NCBI GenBank assembly: GCA_951406725.2
Contig: OX597816.1
Location: 38,564,001 to 38,628,000, forward strand
Direction of reading: 5' to 3'
Length of the DNA stretch: 64,000 nt
Origin: Octopus vulgaris
Taxonomy: Eukaryota
The notes beneath the pieces are model-generated. The model searched no databases. It worked only from the letters and a program-made list of their open reading frames with translations, and was not told the DNA's origin. This document shows positions 12,720-24,203 of this stretch, piece by piece. The first letter of the stretch is position 1, and every line of letters starts with the position of its first letter. The position numbers were made by a program, and so were the translations under genes.

Positions 12720-13530
12720 ATGGCCGTTATCATATATAGCAATAACTGTTTCAAATTTTTGCACAAGGCCAGTAATTGTGTGCATGTGATTACATGAACC
12801 CCAGTACTTGACTTTGCCAATACTCCAAAAGGATGAAAGGCAAAGTTGACTGCAGCAGGATTTGAGCTTAGCATGCATGTCACATATAATGGTTTCTGAA
12901 TTTAGGCAAAAGGATAGGATTTTTTAGAGAAGGATTAGTTGATACCATTGATCCCAGTACTTGGCTAGTAGTTTATTTTATCAACCCTGGAGGTTGGGAT
13001 GACCTCAGTGGGATTTGAACTCAGATTGTATATAGACAGTAGAAATACCACAAAGCATTTTTTCCAGTACTATAAATATTCTGTTAGCTAGCTACCTTCA
13101 ACATATACTTTAACCCTTTAGTATGTAAACTGGCCATATCCGTCCAAAATATTTAATCTGTTTTATGCTCAAACTGACCAGATCCAGGCTCTCATACCTA
13201 CCCAACAATGTTATTCTACATTAAGTAATTACACCATCAACATCTTGAAGATATGAAATAATGCATGATTAATTCAAATCAATGGGAATCAATAAGCATT
13301 ATGTTTGATAGAATAATCTGAACACTAAAGGGTTAAGCACAAAGCCAACAATTTTGAGGGAAAAGAGGGATAATCAGTTACATCAGTGCCAGGACTTGAC
13401 TGGATCTTTATATTATCCCTGAAAGGATGAAATTCAAAGCTGACTTTAGCAGGATTTGAACTCAGAATGTAAAGAACCATAATTAAATATTGCAACGCAT
13501 TTTGTTTGATGCTCTAACACTTCTGCCATT
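12720..13530 (-). mobile_element. Cluster of three degraded family C (Meta-like domain) SINEs
   Basis: Repeated gaaaggatgaaaggcaaag...ggatttgaactcaga blocks at ~12830, ~13010 and ~13420. Confidence 0.7.
13110..13336. mobile_element. piggyBac-type MITE family 1
   Basis: TTAACCCTTTAGT...ACTAAAGGGTTAA (TIR plus TTAA TSD); nearly identical to 36686-36912. Confidence 0.88.
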
Positions 13531-15094
13531 CCACACAATGCAGCAACAACAATCTTCATAAGTTATAAAAATACTCTGAGTTTTAAAATCAATGACAGAT
13601 TTCTAAAACATATATTTAATTAATGCTCAAAAACACCCAAGAACCAGATGTAGACTCTATAATAGGTTAATAAGAATTCAGAAGTTAGTGGACAATCTTC
13701 CACTAACTAGTGCATGGGATCATACAAGGCAGTAGCAGCTAATTACTTTTTACCATATAAATTGAAATGAAATATATTAAGTAACCATGGTACTTTTAGA
13801 ATCTCGTGTGCCAAATCATCATCAGTGAAAGTGTTGTCATTTTACAGACACTCTCTTACATGCCAGCATGTATTGGATTGGTTTTCTGAGATGGTGTTTA
13901 ATGGCCAGATGCCCTTCTTGTTAGCAACCCTTTTAGCTGCCCTTGCAACATACCTATTCCAGAGCCAAGATATGCACAATACTTTTACAGTATCAATGAC
14001 TGCAATGCAATTCTCTGAAAAGTGATTCACCGGGAAGTTGACAATAATCATTCTTGAAAGTTAGATTCTAGTCAAGAATTTTATCTGCAAGCCTCCATGC
14101 TTGAAGAGTTGGAAAAAATGCCACATCTCAAATCACTAGTGTTTGCATAACAATGTGTTTAATCACATTTTTGTACATTTGGTTGTCTGTTGTTTCTGAA
14201 GCAGCATGGCTTGGATGAGAATTGATTTTTAGACAGAATTTTACAGCAAGATGCTCTTCCTGATGTCACTTCTAATCAGTTTATCAGTTAAAAAGATTTA
14301 TATATTCCACAGGTCTTTGAAAGTGCAGAGCAACTGGTTATAATGTCAAGATCAGCACTGCTCCACTCAAACATTGACAAGTGAAATATCAACATTCACA
14401 CACACACATACAGGTGCAGACACACACACACACACACACACACACATTTTACCTTGCCACAGCAAGACAAATACCTTAATACTTCATGCAAAGGCTCTGA
14501 TAAAGCTACATGATGTCACGTTGACATTTAACTTTGGGTGCACAGTTCCATAGAGTCCTAACAACGTTAGGCTAATGAAGGTGATAACATAACTCAATCT
14601 TTTATCATTCATTTATGTATAAACCATTACCATTTAATGTCCATTTTCAATGCTAGCATGGGTTAGACAATTTGATAGGACCCTGGTAAGCTGCAGGGCT
14701 GCATTGAGCTCCAGTATCAACTTTGGTATGGTTTGTCCAGCTAGAAGCCCTTCCTAATGCCAACCACTTTACAATGTTTGGAGTGCTATTTTTGTACCAC
14801 CAGCACTAATAAGGTTACAAGGTAACTTGCAAGACAAAAAAGAACAAGGAAAGGAAAAAATCCTTTTAAGTCAAAATCCTTTTAAGTAAGTCAAAGGCTG
14901 GGAGGTGGGGTACTGAGGTGGAGTGGGGGAGATGGTTGCAAGCCAGGTGTTGAGAGCTTAAAAATATGACAAGAGTCCAGGTATCTTGCTATAAAGGAGA
15001 TACATGACTACCCTGTATTATATAGGGGTGGGAGTATCTGGAATTAAGGTAGAGATGATGGTGAGTAGAGCATCTCTAGATACAAGAAGGTAAA

Positions 15095-15164
<70 letters not shown>

Positions 15165-15809
15165 TGAAGGGCTTCATGTAGTTTCCAGCTACTGAATCCA
15201 TTCAAAAAGCAATAAAATAACATAATCATTGTGCTGGCATGCTTGATGAAATTGTCTTGCAATTGGTGCTGGATTCAAAGACAATTGTAAACTTTGTGAC
15301 AGAAGTAAAATTAAAGTTAACTATTTTTGTTGTGAAAGAGTTTATTGAAAGAGAATTGGAAACCATCAAACTGCACTGAACTACAGGTATCTTAATCACA
15401 TCAAAGAAACAGTAGACTCATAGAGAGTGTGTGTGTGTGTGTAAATAAAACACTCGGATTGTATTTAATTGTAAACAACTTAATTAAGTGAACAATCACA
15501 ACAATGCGACTATAAAAATATATAAAATATAAATAAAAATAAATATATTGAACTGTATACATCATGCTTTGGTGTACAATAAATGCAGATTTATATCGTA
15601 TATATTGTTATACTTCACTCAACTTTATTAGGTGAACATTTACATCCAAGTTACGGCAGATTTATTATATAGCAAATGAATACAAGGAACTGACAAGTTG
15701 CATTTAAGTATAGGCATCTTAATGAAATGAGCAGTTACATCAAAGTAACACTCACACACACTCTCTCTCTCTCTCTCTCTCTCTGCACACACACTCACAG
15801 AGGCACTCT

Positions 15810-16080
15810 ATCAGTTGCAATAACAAGGGTTCCAGCTGATCTGATCAAGAGAACAGCCTGCTCATGAAATTAATGTGTAAGTGGCTGAGCACTCCACAGA
15901 CATGTGTACACTAAACATAGTTCTCAGAGAGATTCAGCATGACACAGAATGTATCAGAACCAAGTTGTACAGGTACAACTCAGTTTTTTTCAGCTGAGCG
16001 GACTGGAGCAGCATAAAATAAAGTGTCTCGCACAAGGACAAACTGTGCCACCAGAAATCAAATACCCTAACCACTAAGCC
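15810..16080 (-). mobile_element. CORE-like SINE sharing the family B 3' half
   Basis: gaacagcctgctcatgaaattaatgtgtaagtggctgagcactccacagaca is the reverse complement of the family B tail; CORE-like block at 15990-16040. Confidence 0.7.
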
Positions 16081-16084
16081 ATAC

Positions 16085-16300
16085 TTCATCATATATCCTT
16101 CAGCCAGGTAACCACACACGTGCTGTTCAGGATATTTTTCATTTTCTCGACTTTCCATTTTCCTTTCTGATGAAGAGCTATGCTTAAAATGTCGAAAACC
16201 TTCTCCTTTTCCCACCTTTACCGAGCACCCAAACTAATACGTTCCACATGCACATCCACTTGTCTTGTTATTGTTATTTTTAATGTTTGATTATTTGATT
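16085..16300 (+). mobile_element. Penelope-type pseudo-LTR fragment with a decayed minimal hammerhead core
   Basis: CTGATGAagagctatgcttaaaatgt (16167-16192), then ...gagcacccaaactaatacgttccac..., homologous in layout to 53335-53543 (minus). Confidence 0.55.
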
Positions 16301-16304
16301 TCAC

Positions 16305-16945
<641 letters not shown>

Positions 16946-17129
16946 ATAAATATATAGAGAGCAGGCATGGCCTTGTAGTTAAGAAGTTTGCTTCCCAACC
17001 ACATAGTCATTAATGGCAAGTATATTTAAGTACAAGAAGTAACATATGAGACATTAATGAAAATTCGAGTCAGCTATTTAGACACCCTTCAATTGTTCTA
17101 AATTCATGACCCTCTGACAAAAGACTTAC

Positions 17130-17149
17130 CAGCACAGTGCTCGCAAACT
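17130..17149 (-). other. Candidate 20-nt micro-exon
   Basis: Minus strand: tgtctgctaatgtttcag|AGTTTGCGAGCACTGTGCTG|gtaagt. Branch-like CTAAT, CAG acceptor and consensus G|GTAAGT donor in non-repeat DNA. Confidence 0.55.
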
Positions 17150-17974
17150 CTGAAACATTAGCAGACATATAGAGTCACTACAGACACACCATCACACACT
17201 ATTATATAGCTTCATGATGTTGGTGGATTGGCAGTATCAGCGGAGTATTAGAGAAAATGCCATGTGGTATATTATGGCTCTCTACATTCTGGGTTCAAAT
17301 CTCACTGATGTCAGCATTACCTATCACCCTTTTGAGACTCAATAAAATAAAGTACCAGTCAAGTACTGGAGTTAGCAGTATTAACTAACCCCGCTCCCTT
17401 CAAAATTTGAAACCTTGTAACTATATCCAAAACAATTATAAAGGGAGAGGAGTGGCAGAATTGTTAAAATATCTGTTGCAGTATCTGTTCTAGCTTTTTA
17501 TGTTCTGGGTTCAAAACCCAGCAAGGTCAACTTTGCTTTCATCCTTCTAGGGTTACAAAATAAAGTACCAGTTAGACATTTCAGGATTTGTACGTACGCT
17601 TGTTTCAATTATTATATGACTTCATTATTCTGAACCTACACTTTCTAATAAATAACAAAATATCAGAATCAAGTTTCATTTGTTAAACATATATGAAGAA
17701 GACCCCATTTGGTTATGAATGACTATGAGATTGCACCTTGAAAGTTGTGAGCCCAACATTCTAACCACTGAGCCATGCATCTTTACTATAAAAAACACAC
17801 ACACACACACACAGTGAATTACCGCCGCCACCGCCACCACCATTACTGATGATGATGATTTCAAATTTTGCCTCAAGGTCAGCAATTTTAGGAGAGAGAG
17901 TAAATCAATTACATCAACCTCAGTGTTCAACTGGTACTTATTTTATCAACCTCGAAAGGATGAAAGAATAATAA

Positions 17975-18520
17975 TAATAGAACCAAAATCAGACATGATC
18001 AAATAGAACAGCACCTACACTGGGACATCTGTTGTCCTTATGACATTCTTATTCCTAAAAACTGGTAATGAACACAAGTTACAGATAGTAATATAGTTAC
18101 TATTCTGAGGGATTTTAGCACCCATACTGACAGATAAATGCCAATAGACCTGATATTATTATCATCAGTGATCCTCAACAAAATACCTGCTATCAGATAT
18201 GATAGTACCAGCTGACCAAAATATATGAGTGAAAGAAATCGAAAAGAAGGCATAACACAAGGACCTAGAATGTGGAAACTGAAAACCGAAGCACGAGAGT
18301 AGGAGTACTAGACATGGTTAAAAAAAGGGCTTCAAACTTCATTGATAAACTATCTGGAAAATCAAATATACACGATATCCAAAAGATTCACTAACCTCAA
18401 CAGCCCATCTCTTGAGAAAATTCCTATTGTTATAACACTGTTACTAGCTTTTGGTCTCAGGTAGAGACCTGGCTCATATCTAAAATGCCTCAAAATCAAG
18501 CTAAAATATAAAATATAATA

Positions 18521-18580
<60 letters not shown>

Positions 18581-18597
18581 GTAATAATAATAATAAT
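17975..18597 (+). mobile_element. R4/Dong-like non-LTR retrotransposon 3' remnant with (TAA)n tail
   Basis: Frameshifted translation RHDQIEQHLHWDIC...ILRDFSTHTDR..NRPDII...DMIVPADQNI..KEIEK..KDL..MWKLK matches the RHD...RPD restriction-like endonuclease region. (TAA)n at 18516-18597 and a short (TAA)n at the 5' junction. Confidence 0.75.
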
Positions 18598-19506
18598 GTT
18601 ACTAAATGGAGAGAAATAGCACATGACAGCTTAAAAGTAATATGGTTTAATTTTTTGTAAAGATTCAAAAGAAAGAAAATTATACACACGTGCACATGTG
18701 TGTGTATGTATAAATACACATATCCCTGCACATTTTAAATACACATTCAAGTACACATGTCCCTGCATATTGTAAAAAGTGATTAAAAGGGTTGGCAGCA
18801 GAAAGAGCATTCAAAACTGTAAAATACTATCGCAAAAAAATTCCATCCATACCAAACCATCATGAAAAACAGGACATTAAAACAATGATAAGAATGATAT
18901 GTGTGTATACACACACACACACACACACACACTCTCATTTGAAAATGATGTGTCACACTTTCACTACTATGAGTTTCTTTCTTCTGTGTGTTAGTTCAGG
19001 CAATAAAATGCTTGTAAGCATTTTGTTTATTGCTTACTAAGAAATACAACATAATGACTTAAAATTACTAGATAAGCTCTTGTAGGTATATTGAGTACTT
19101 TTTCTCTTGATGGAAAACCAAACAACACAGATCAAATATATGTGAGTGTGAGCATGTGTATGGTGTGTCAGTGTGTGCGTGTGTCTTATTAAACAAGGCA
19201 TCATGAAGAATTTCTGTTTGGATTACAGAAGATGCATGGATCAAATCGTGCAGGCAGCTTTCCACTCCCCACCTAATCCAAAGGGTTTTGAATATATTTA
19301 TTACAACCTATTATTTGTAACCAAATTCACTTTAAAATACATCATTAATAAAGCTTTATTTACATAATGCCTCAATTTTTCAACATTCACATTCTAAACA
19401 TTCACATTTTAAAGTGATAGCATTAAATGTTATTTCTATAATCAACTTTTTAAAAAAACAAAAAAAACTCTGACCAATTTGTTCAATACAAGAAAAATGG
19501 ACTTAC

Positions 19507-19758
19507 TTTAATGTTTTCAGCATAAAACAAGTTACTAGAAACATACTCTTATCCTGCAAGACATTTCTCTCGCATTTAATTTTTTAACTCACTCAGCTTT
19601 ACACAGTGATTTCTCAAGTACTTATTAGTAGATCCACAAATAAACTAAACAATGACCTGAATGTGATTTTAAGCACGGATGGATGGGTAAAACTACATTA
19701 AGTTAAAGTTGAGAGCAAAGAGAGGAGAGAGAATGAGTGTGTATGTGTGTGTGTGAGT

Positions 19759-19789
<31 letters not shown>

Positions 19790-20470
19790 AGAGAAAGGGA
19801 GAGAGAGAGAAAGGGAGAGTTGGTGTTTGCGTCGATGTGTATACAGTAAGATGACAGAGCGAGCACAGCATGTATATATCCTAAATGTCTATACACAAGT
19901 TTTAGAAAAGCAGAACAAGCAGGAACAAAGGCCAGTTCATGGAGCTGGGGCATGAGTCACACGTGTACGTGGAAAAGTGAGTGTAGGGGAGCATGCAGGA
20001 GAGACGGTGTACACGCCACTTGCCATGGCAGAGACATGCACCAACACGGTTGTGCCAACAGCAGCAAGCCTTTCACCTAGTAAGTTCACAAATATTGGCC
20101 AACATTCTCAAACATGACAGACAGCCAGGCAGGCAGAAAAGAGACAGTCACCCCCACCCACCACCATATACACCCCCCACACACATGCACACACAAACTT
20201 ACTCATTCTTGTACATAGGAACAAGGGGGAAAGGTTGGGGGCATGAGAGTTCTTCTTTCCACCCATCCCTGCTGCCCTTCAAAGCACTTTTCTTTTTCTA
20301 GCAGGGACAGAAAAAAAAACTTCCTGTCAGTAAAGTCAGGCCCCAAACACTGGGCATATCTTGGAAAATACACATAATACTCCCCCTCACATACACCTCC
20401 AGACACAAAATACCTTGACAAGCATTTGATCAGCAGGTATCATTTACTAAGCCAACCAGCTGCGGATGTG
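19507..20470 (-). promoter_or_regulatory. Candidate alternative promoter / first-exon region
   Basis: TE-poor and locally GC-richer. TGAGTCA (19953) abuts CACGTG (19960); X-box-like CTTGCCATGGCAGA (~20019); ends at a consensus minus-strand donor AAA|GTAAGT (19501-19506). Confidence 0.3.
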
Positions 20471-20640
20471 TTTAAAAGCCCTCTTGCTCCCACTTACAGC
20501 TAATATTACCAACTAACTGATGTCAACAACATATAGGCCAGTGAACAAATTTCATAAATAAACAATTTAAAAAAAAATATAATTAATAAATGAATAAATA
20601 GACAAAAAAAAAGACCAAAATTTTAAAATTTCACAGTTAA

Positions 20641-20757
20641 TTTACTTCATGAGGTGACAAAATTTTCATCACACCACCGTAAACTGGTCACTGTGTAAGT
20701 TCCACTGTGTCTGTGAACGGTCAATGTGATGAAAATTTTGATGCCTCATGAAATAAA
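20641..20757. repeat. Imperfect inverted repeat (~40-bp arms, 36-nt spacer)
   Basis: ttcatgagg-tga-caaaattttcatcaca-cc-accgt pairs with acggt-caa-tgtgatgaaaattttg-atg-cctcatgaa. Confidence 0.9.
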
Positions 20758-22706
20758 CTGAAAGTAAATTTAACTAATTTTTTTGTGCATTTTAAAAGAC
20801 TAGAGAGAGAGAGAGGTTTGCTAAGACAGGGCAAACAGAACTCAGTATGTACATGTGTGTGATTTTAATGATGAGGATCTAAAATTCTTGAAGACAGTTC
20901 TCCAGTCTGATTGAAGTCAAATGACTGAAACCAGCAAGAAAGGGTGTATGCCCATGCAAAGGGTGCACACCATGCAAGCTAGAGGGTGTATGCCCATGCA
21001 AATTATCTTAGATATATGTGTGTAAGTAAGGTTTTTGCTATCAACTAGTCAAGGAATTCCTTTAATTGGGAGACCATACACTCAACAGATTTTAAAATAA
21101 AATTCTTTAATGTTGGCTCCAGGACATGTTGCAAAAATAGAGATTTAAAATTTACAGTCTTCAGACTTAATACCTTTATAGATTTTTAATGCACAAAAGA
21201 GAAAAGAAATATTGCTGTAATCCTCTACCAGCACCACAATGGAATCAGTGTGTAGATCAATAAAGTTGTCACAGTCAAGCAGCAGGTACTTTCTCACTTT
21301 GCAGCACTCTTTGGCTTTAAGGAAATCTATCAAACCAAACAATTCAGGCGATTTTGAATTTGCAACACACTTCCAAATCAAGCATAAAAATACAAAACAA
21401 AACAAAACAAAATGCATGTAAAATATTTAAAGAAAGTAATTTTGTTGCCAAAATAGCAAGTAATAACTGAAATTTTAATTGGATGTCAGTTTATGAGAGG
21501 CAAGTTTAACTATTAAATGGAATTTCACTTCCTACAGCTGTCTATTGCCTGATGAGTGATGTAATTTTATAGCTAATAATGATTTATTAATTAGGATTGG
21601 AGCTTCATTCATAAAGAGTTAAGTGTCTTCAGCAAGGACTCATTGCAAAGCTAACAGAAGGAACTGGCTTAATGACCTAACAGTCAGGTGTTTGTTACCT
21701 CACTTCTTTTAGTCGAGATAGATAGAGAGAGAGAGAGAGAAGAAAGATGTGACTCCTACGGTCAAACTGTAGGCCTGCATCATTGTCTTTAAGTCCACTT
21801 TAGCCATGCTGGCAGGGTTGACTAAAACTATTTGAGGCAGTATTCTACTAGATGCCCTTCTGGATGCTGACTCTTGGTTTTAAGTCAGCTTCTTCATCCT
21901 ACATCACACATCAAACTATTGCCAAACATTTCATTTATGGAAGGTACAGACAATGCCATCCCTAACTGGAGCACCATCAGTGTGAAAACTAAGGAAGACA
22001 AAGACCCACCCACACAGATATACACATAACCCCCCCCACACACACACACACACACAATAGGCTTCTGTACAGTTACTGTCTACCAAATAATTGTATACAG
22101 AAGGATTTGGTCAACTAAAAGCTACAGGAGACAAAGTAGGAGAAACTCTGAAACCATATGGTTATGAAGTGATCTTAACCTGAGGTAAGACTAGTGATGT
22201 TTAAGTTTCCAAAATTATTTCCATCACTGAACTTGCCCTAGTGAGGTAGATTTTCCCATTAGAGAATCTGAATTCAGTACTAAAGCCTAACAAATATATG
22301 TTACTTATACAGTGCCTTCCCATCACTGTTTAAAGTAAAATAACTACACTTCTCCATAAAACTGGAGGAAACTCATTCCTGATGCAGCCACACAAGGGAT
22401 GGAGGAAACAGTAAGGTGGGCAGCTGAAAACTTAGATTAGTATAATTGAGTAGGACCTTAAATTAGTATCTGGTCCTAATGTCATTCTTAAAATAATCAC
22501 ATCATGAAAATCTTGAAGTTACTACATAATGCATTATTACTTCAAAACAATATGAATAAATATTTATACTTGACAAAGTAATCTGAATGCTAAAAGATTA
22601 AGCGATTTTACTCATAAAATAAATGGATGTTCATTGGTTTCCTGATGAGGATTCAGACACTGAATTAGCAAGTAAGTAGTGGAGCAATCCACAGACTCCA
22701 ATAACC

Positions 22707-22935
22707 TTAACCCTTTCGTTACCAACCCAGCTGAAACTGGCTCTGGCTCTGTTGTACAAATGTCTTGTTTTCTTAAGTTTTAAATTAAAATCTTCCACCA
22801 AACTTTAGTCACAATTTATGTTCCTAACACTAGCTGAATGATAACTAAGTTATTTTACTAAATTCTTTGTTATATTTAAAGTAATTGAAAGAAACACAGA
22901 GCATCTCAAAATAAATACAGTAGCGAAAGGGTTAA
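22707..22935. mobile_element. piggyBac-type MITE family 2
   Basis: TTAACCCTTTCGTTAC...GTAGCGAAAGGGTTAA; nearly identical to 48537-48763. Confidence 0.9.
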
Positions 22936-23573
22936 GCCTTTTATTATTATATTCCTCTTGAAATACATAGTCTTTATTTCAGTTAATTTGAAAATAATGT
23001 AGGATTTTTATTATTATATTGTTTGCAAAAATAATCAAATTGCTTGCAAAAACTATTCACTTGGTTGCAAAGATTATTCAAATAGTTGCAAAGATTATTA
23101 AGTAGGAAGAAAAATCCTATAAATAATTTGTTAAAATAATTGTTATTAAGCTGGAGTTTGAAACAAAAATTAGTGGGGGGAAATTTTGCTGGAAAGTTTT
23201 AATTAAAACAATACAGTGGGATCAAACCCGAGAGCTCATAATAGCAAAATGAACTTCATAACTAGTTGACCATTCTGAGTCCAGTGATTTAATGAGGGAC
23301 ACAATGAGATACTGGTAAAAGGAAATAAAAATGATCAGTTGGATGGCATATTGCCTGGGCTAGGATCTCATTGTAACACTACAAGTTAAAAAGGAAAATA
23401 AAGAAAAGCTTTCTATGGCGATCATCATACAATGTCAAAGAAATGTTAGAAATTTAAAAAAGAAATATTGATTTACAAGACAGACAGAGAGACATGGTGA
23501 GCAGTAATGATATAGATGAAATGCACTCATTATAATCAGGAATCAAAATAGGACTTGCTCCAAATCAGCTTAC

Positions 23574-23754
23574 CTCCTACTCACACACACACACACACAC
23601 ACAAGTAAGCACATAAATGCAAAACAAGGTGGAAAAAATACTTGAATACCAAAGGAAGAGTAATATGCTTTTATTAAAGCTGAAAAAAATCTGTGAAACT
23701 GAGTAAACAGTTTATGAAGATTTTTTTCAGTTTTAAATGTATGAGTGTGTATGT

Positions 23755-23795
<41 letters not shown>

Positions 23796-24203
23796 AACAC
23801 ACACATGTATATATTCCTTCCTTTTTTTGCTCATACAAAAATAGAAACAGTAATGGAGAAAGTGGTAAAAAATTCTCGACACCACCTCCTGACCTTGACA
23901 TACAAACACACACATACTGTATCCACTAATGTGAAAAGAAAAGAATATGAACTGATGACTACACCACAACAAATCCACAGTTTTAGAGATCAGTCATGTA
24001 TGTGAGGCAAAAATAGACTTTTAACTATTAATCATAAAGTGCTAATCTCTGCTGAAATGGCTTGTTATAATTAACAAAGGAACTTTTTTGTCTTTTTGTT
24101 TATTGCTGGCTTTCACTGCTGTTGTGGCTGCCACTGCGGCTGTATGAATCTTATCCTTCTTCCAATTCAAAAGTTTGATATGCAAGAGATATTTTAGTGA
24201 TGA
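23574..24203 (-). other. Candidate non-coding (5' UTR) exon
   Basis: Strong minus acceptor ttctgctagtttttattattcag| at 24204 and strong donor GAG|GTAAGC at 23573; no long ORF between them. The two sites may not belong to the same exon. Confidence 0.25.

Noticed and set aside
21145-21417. 90-aa minus ORF with a hydrophobic N-terminus (secreted peptide?)
   Set aside because: The hydrophobic start derives from a (TTTTG)n repeat, and there is no recognisable family or processing motif.
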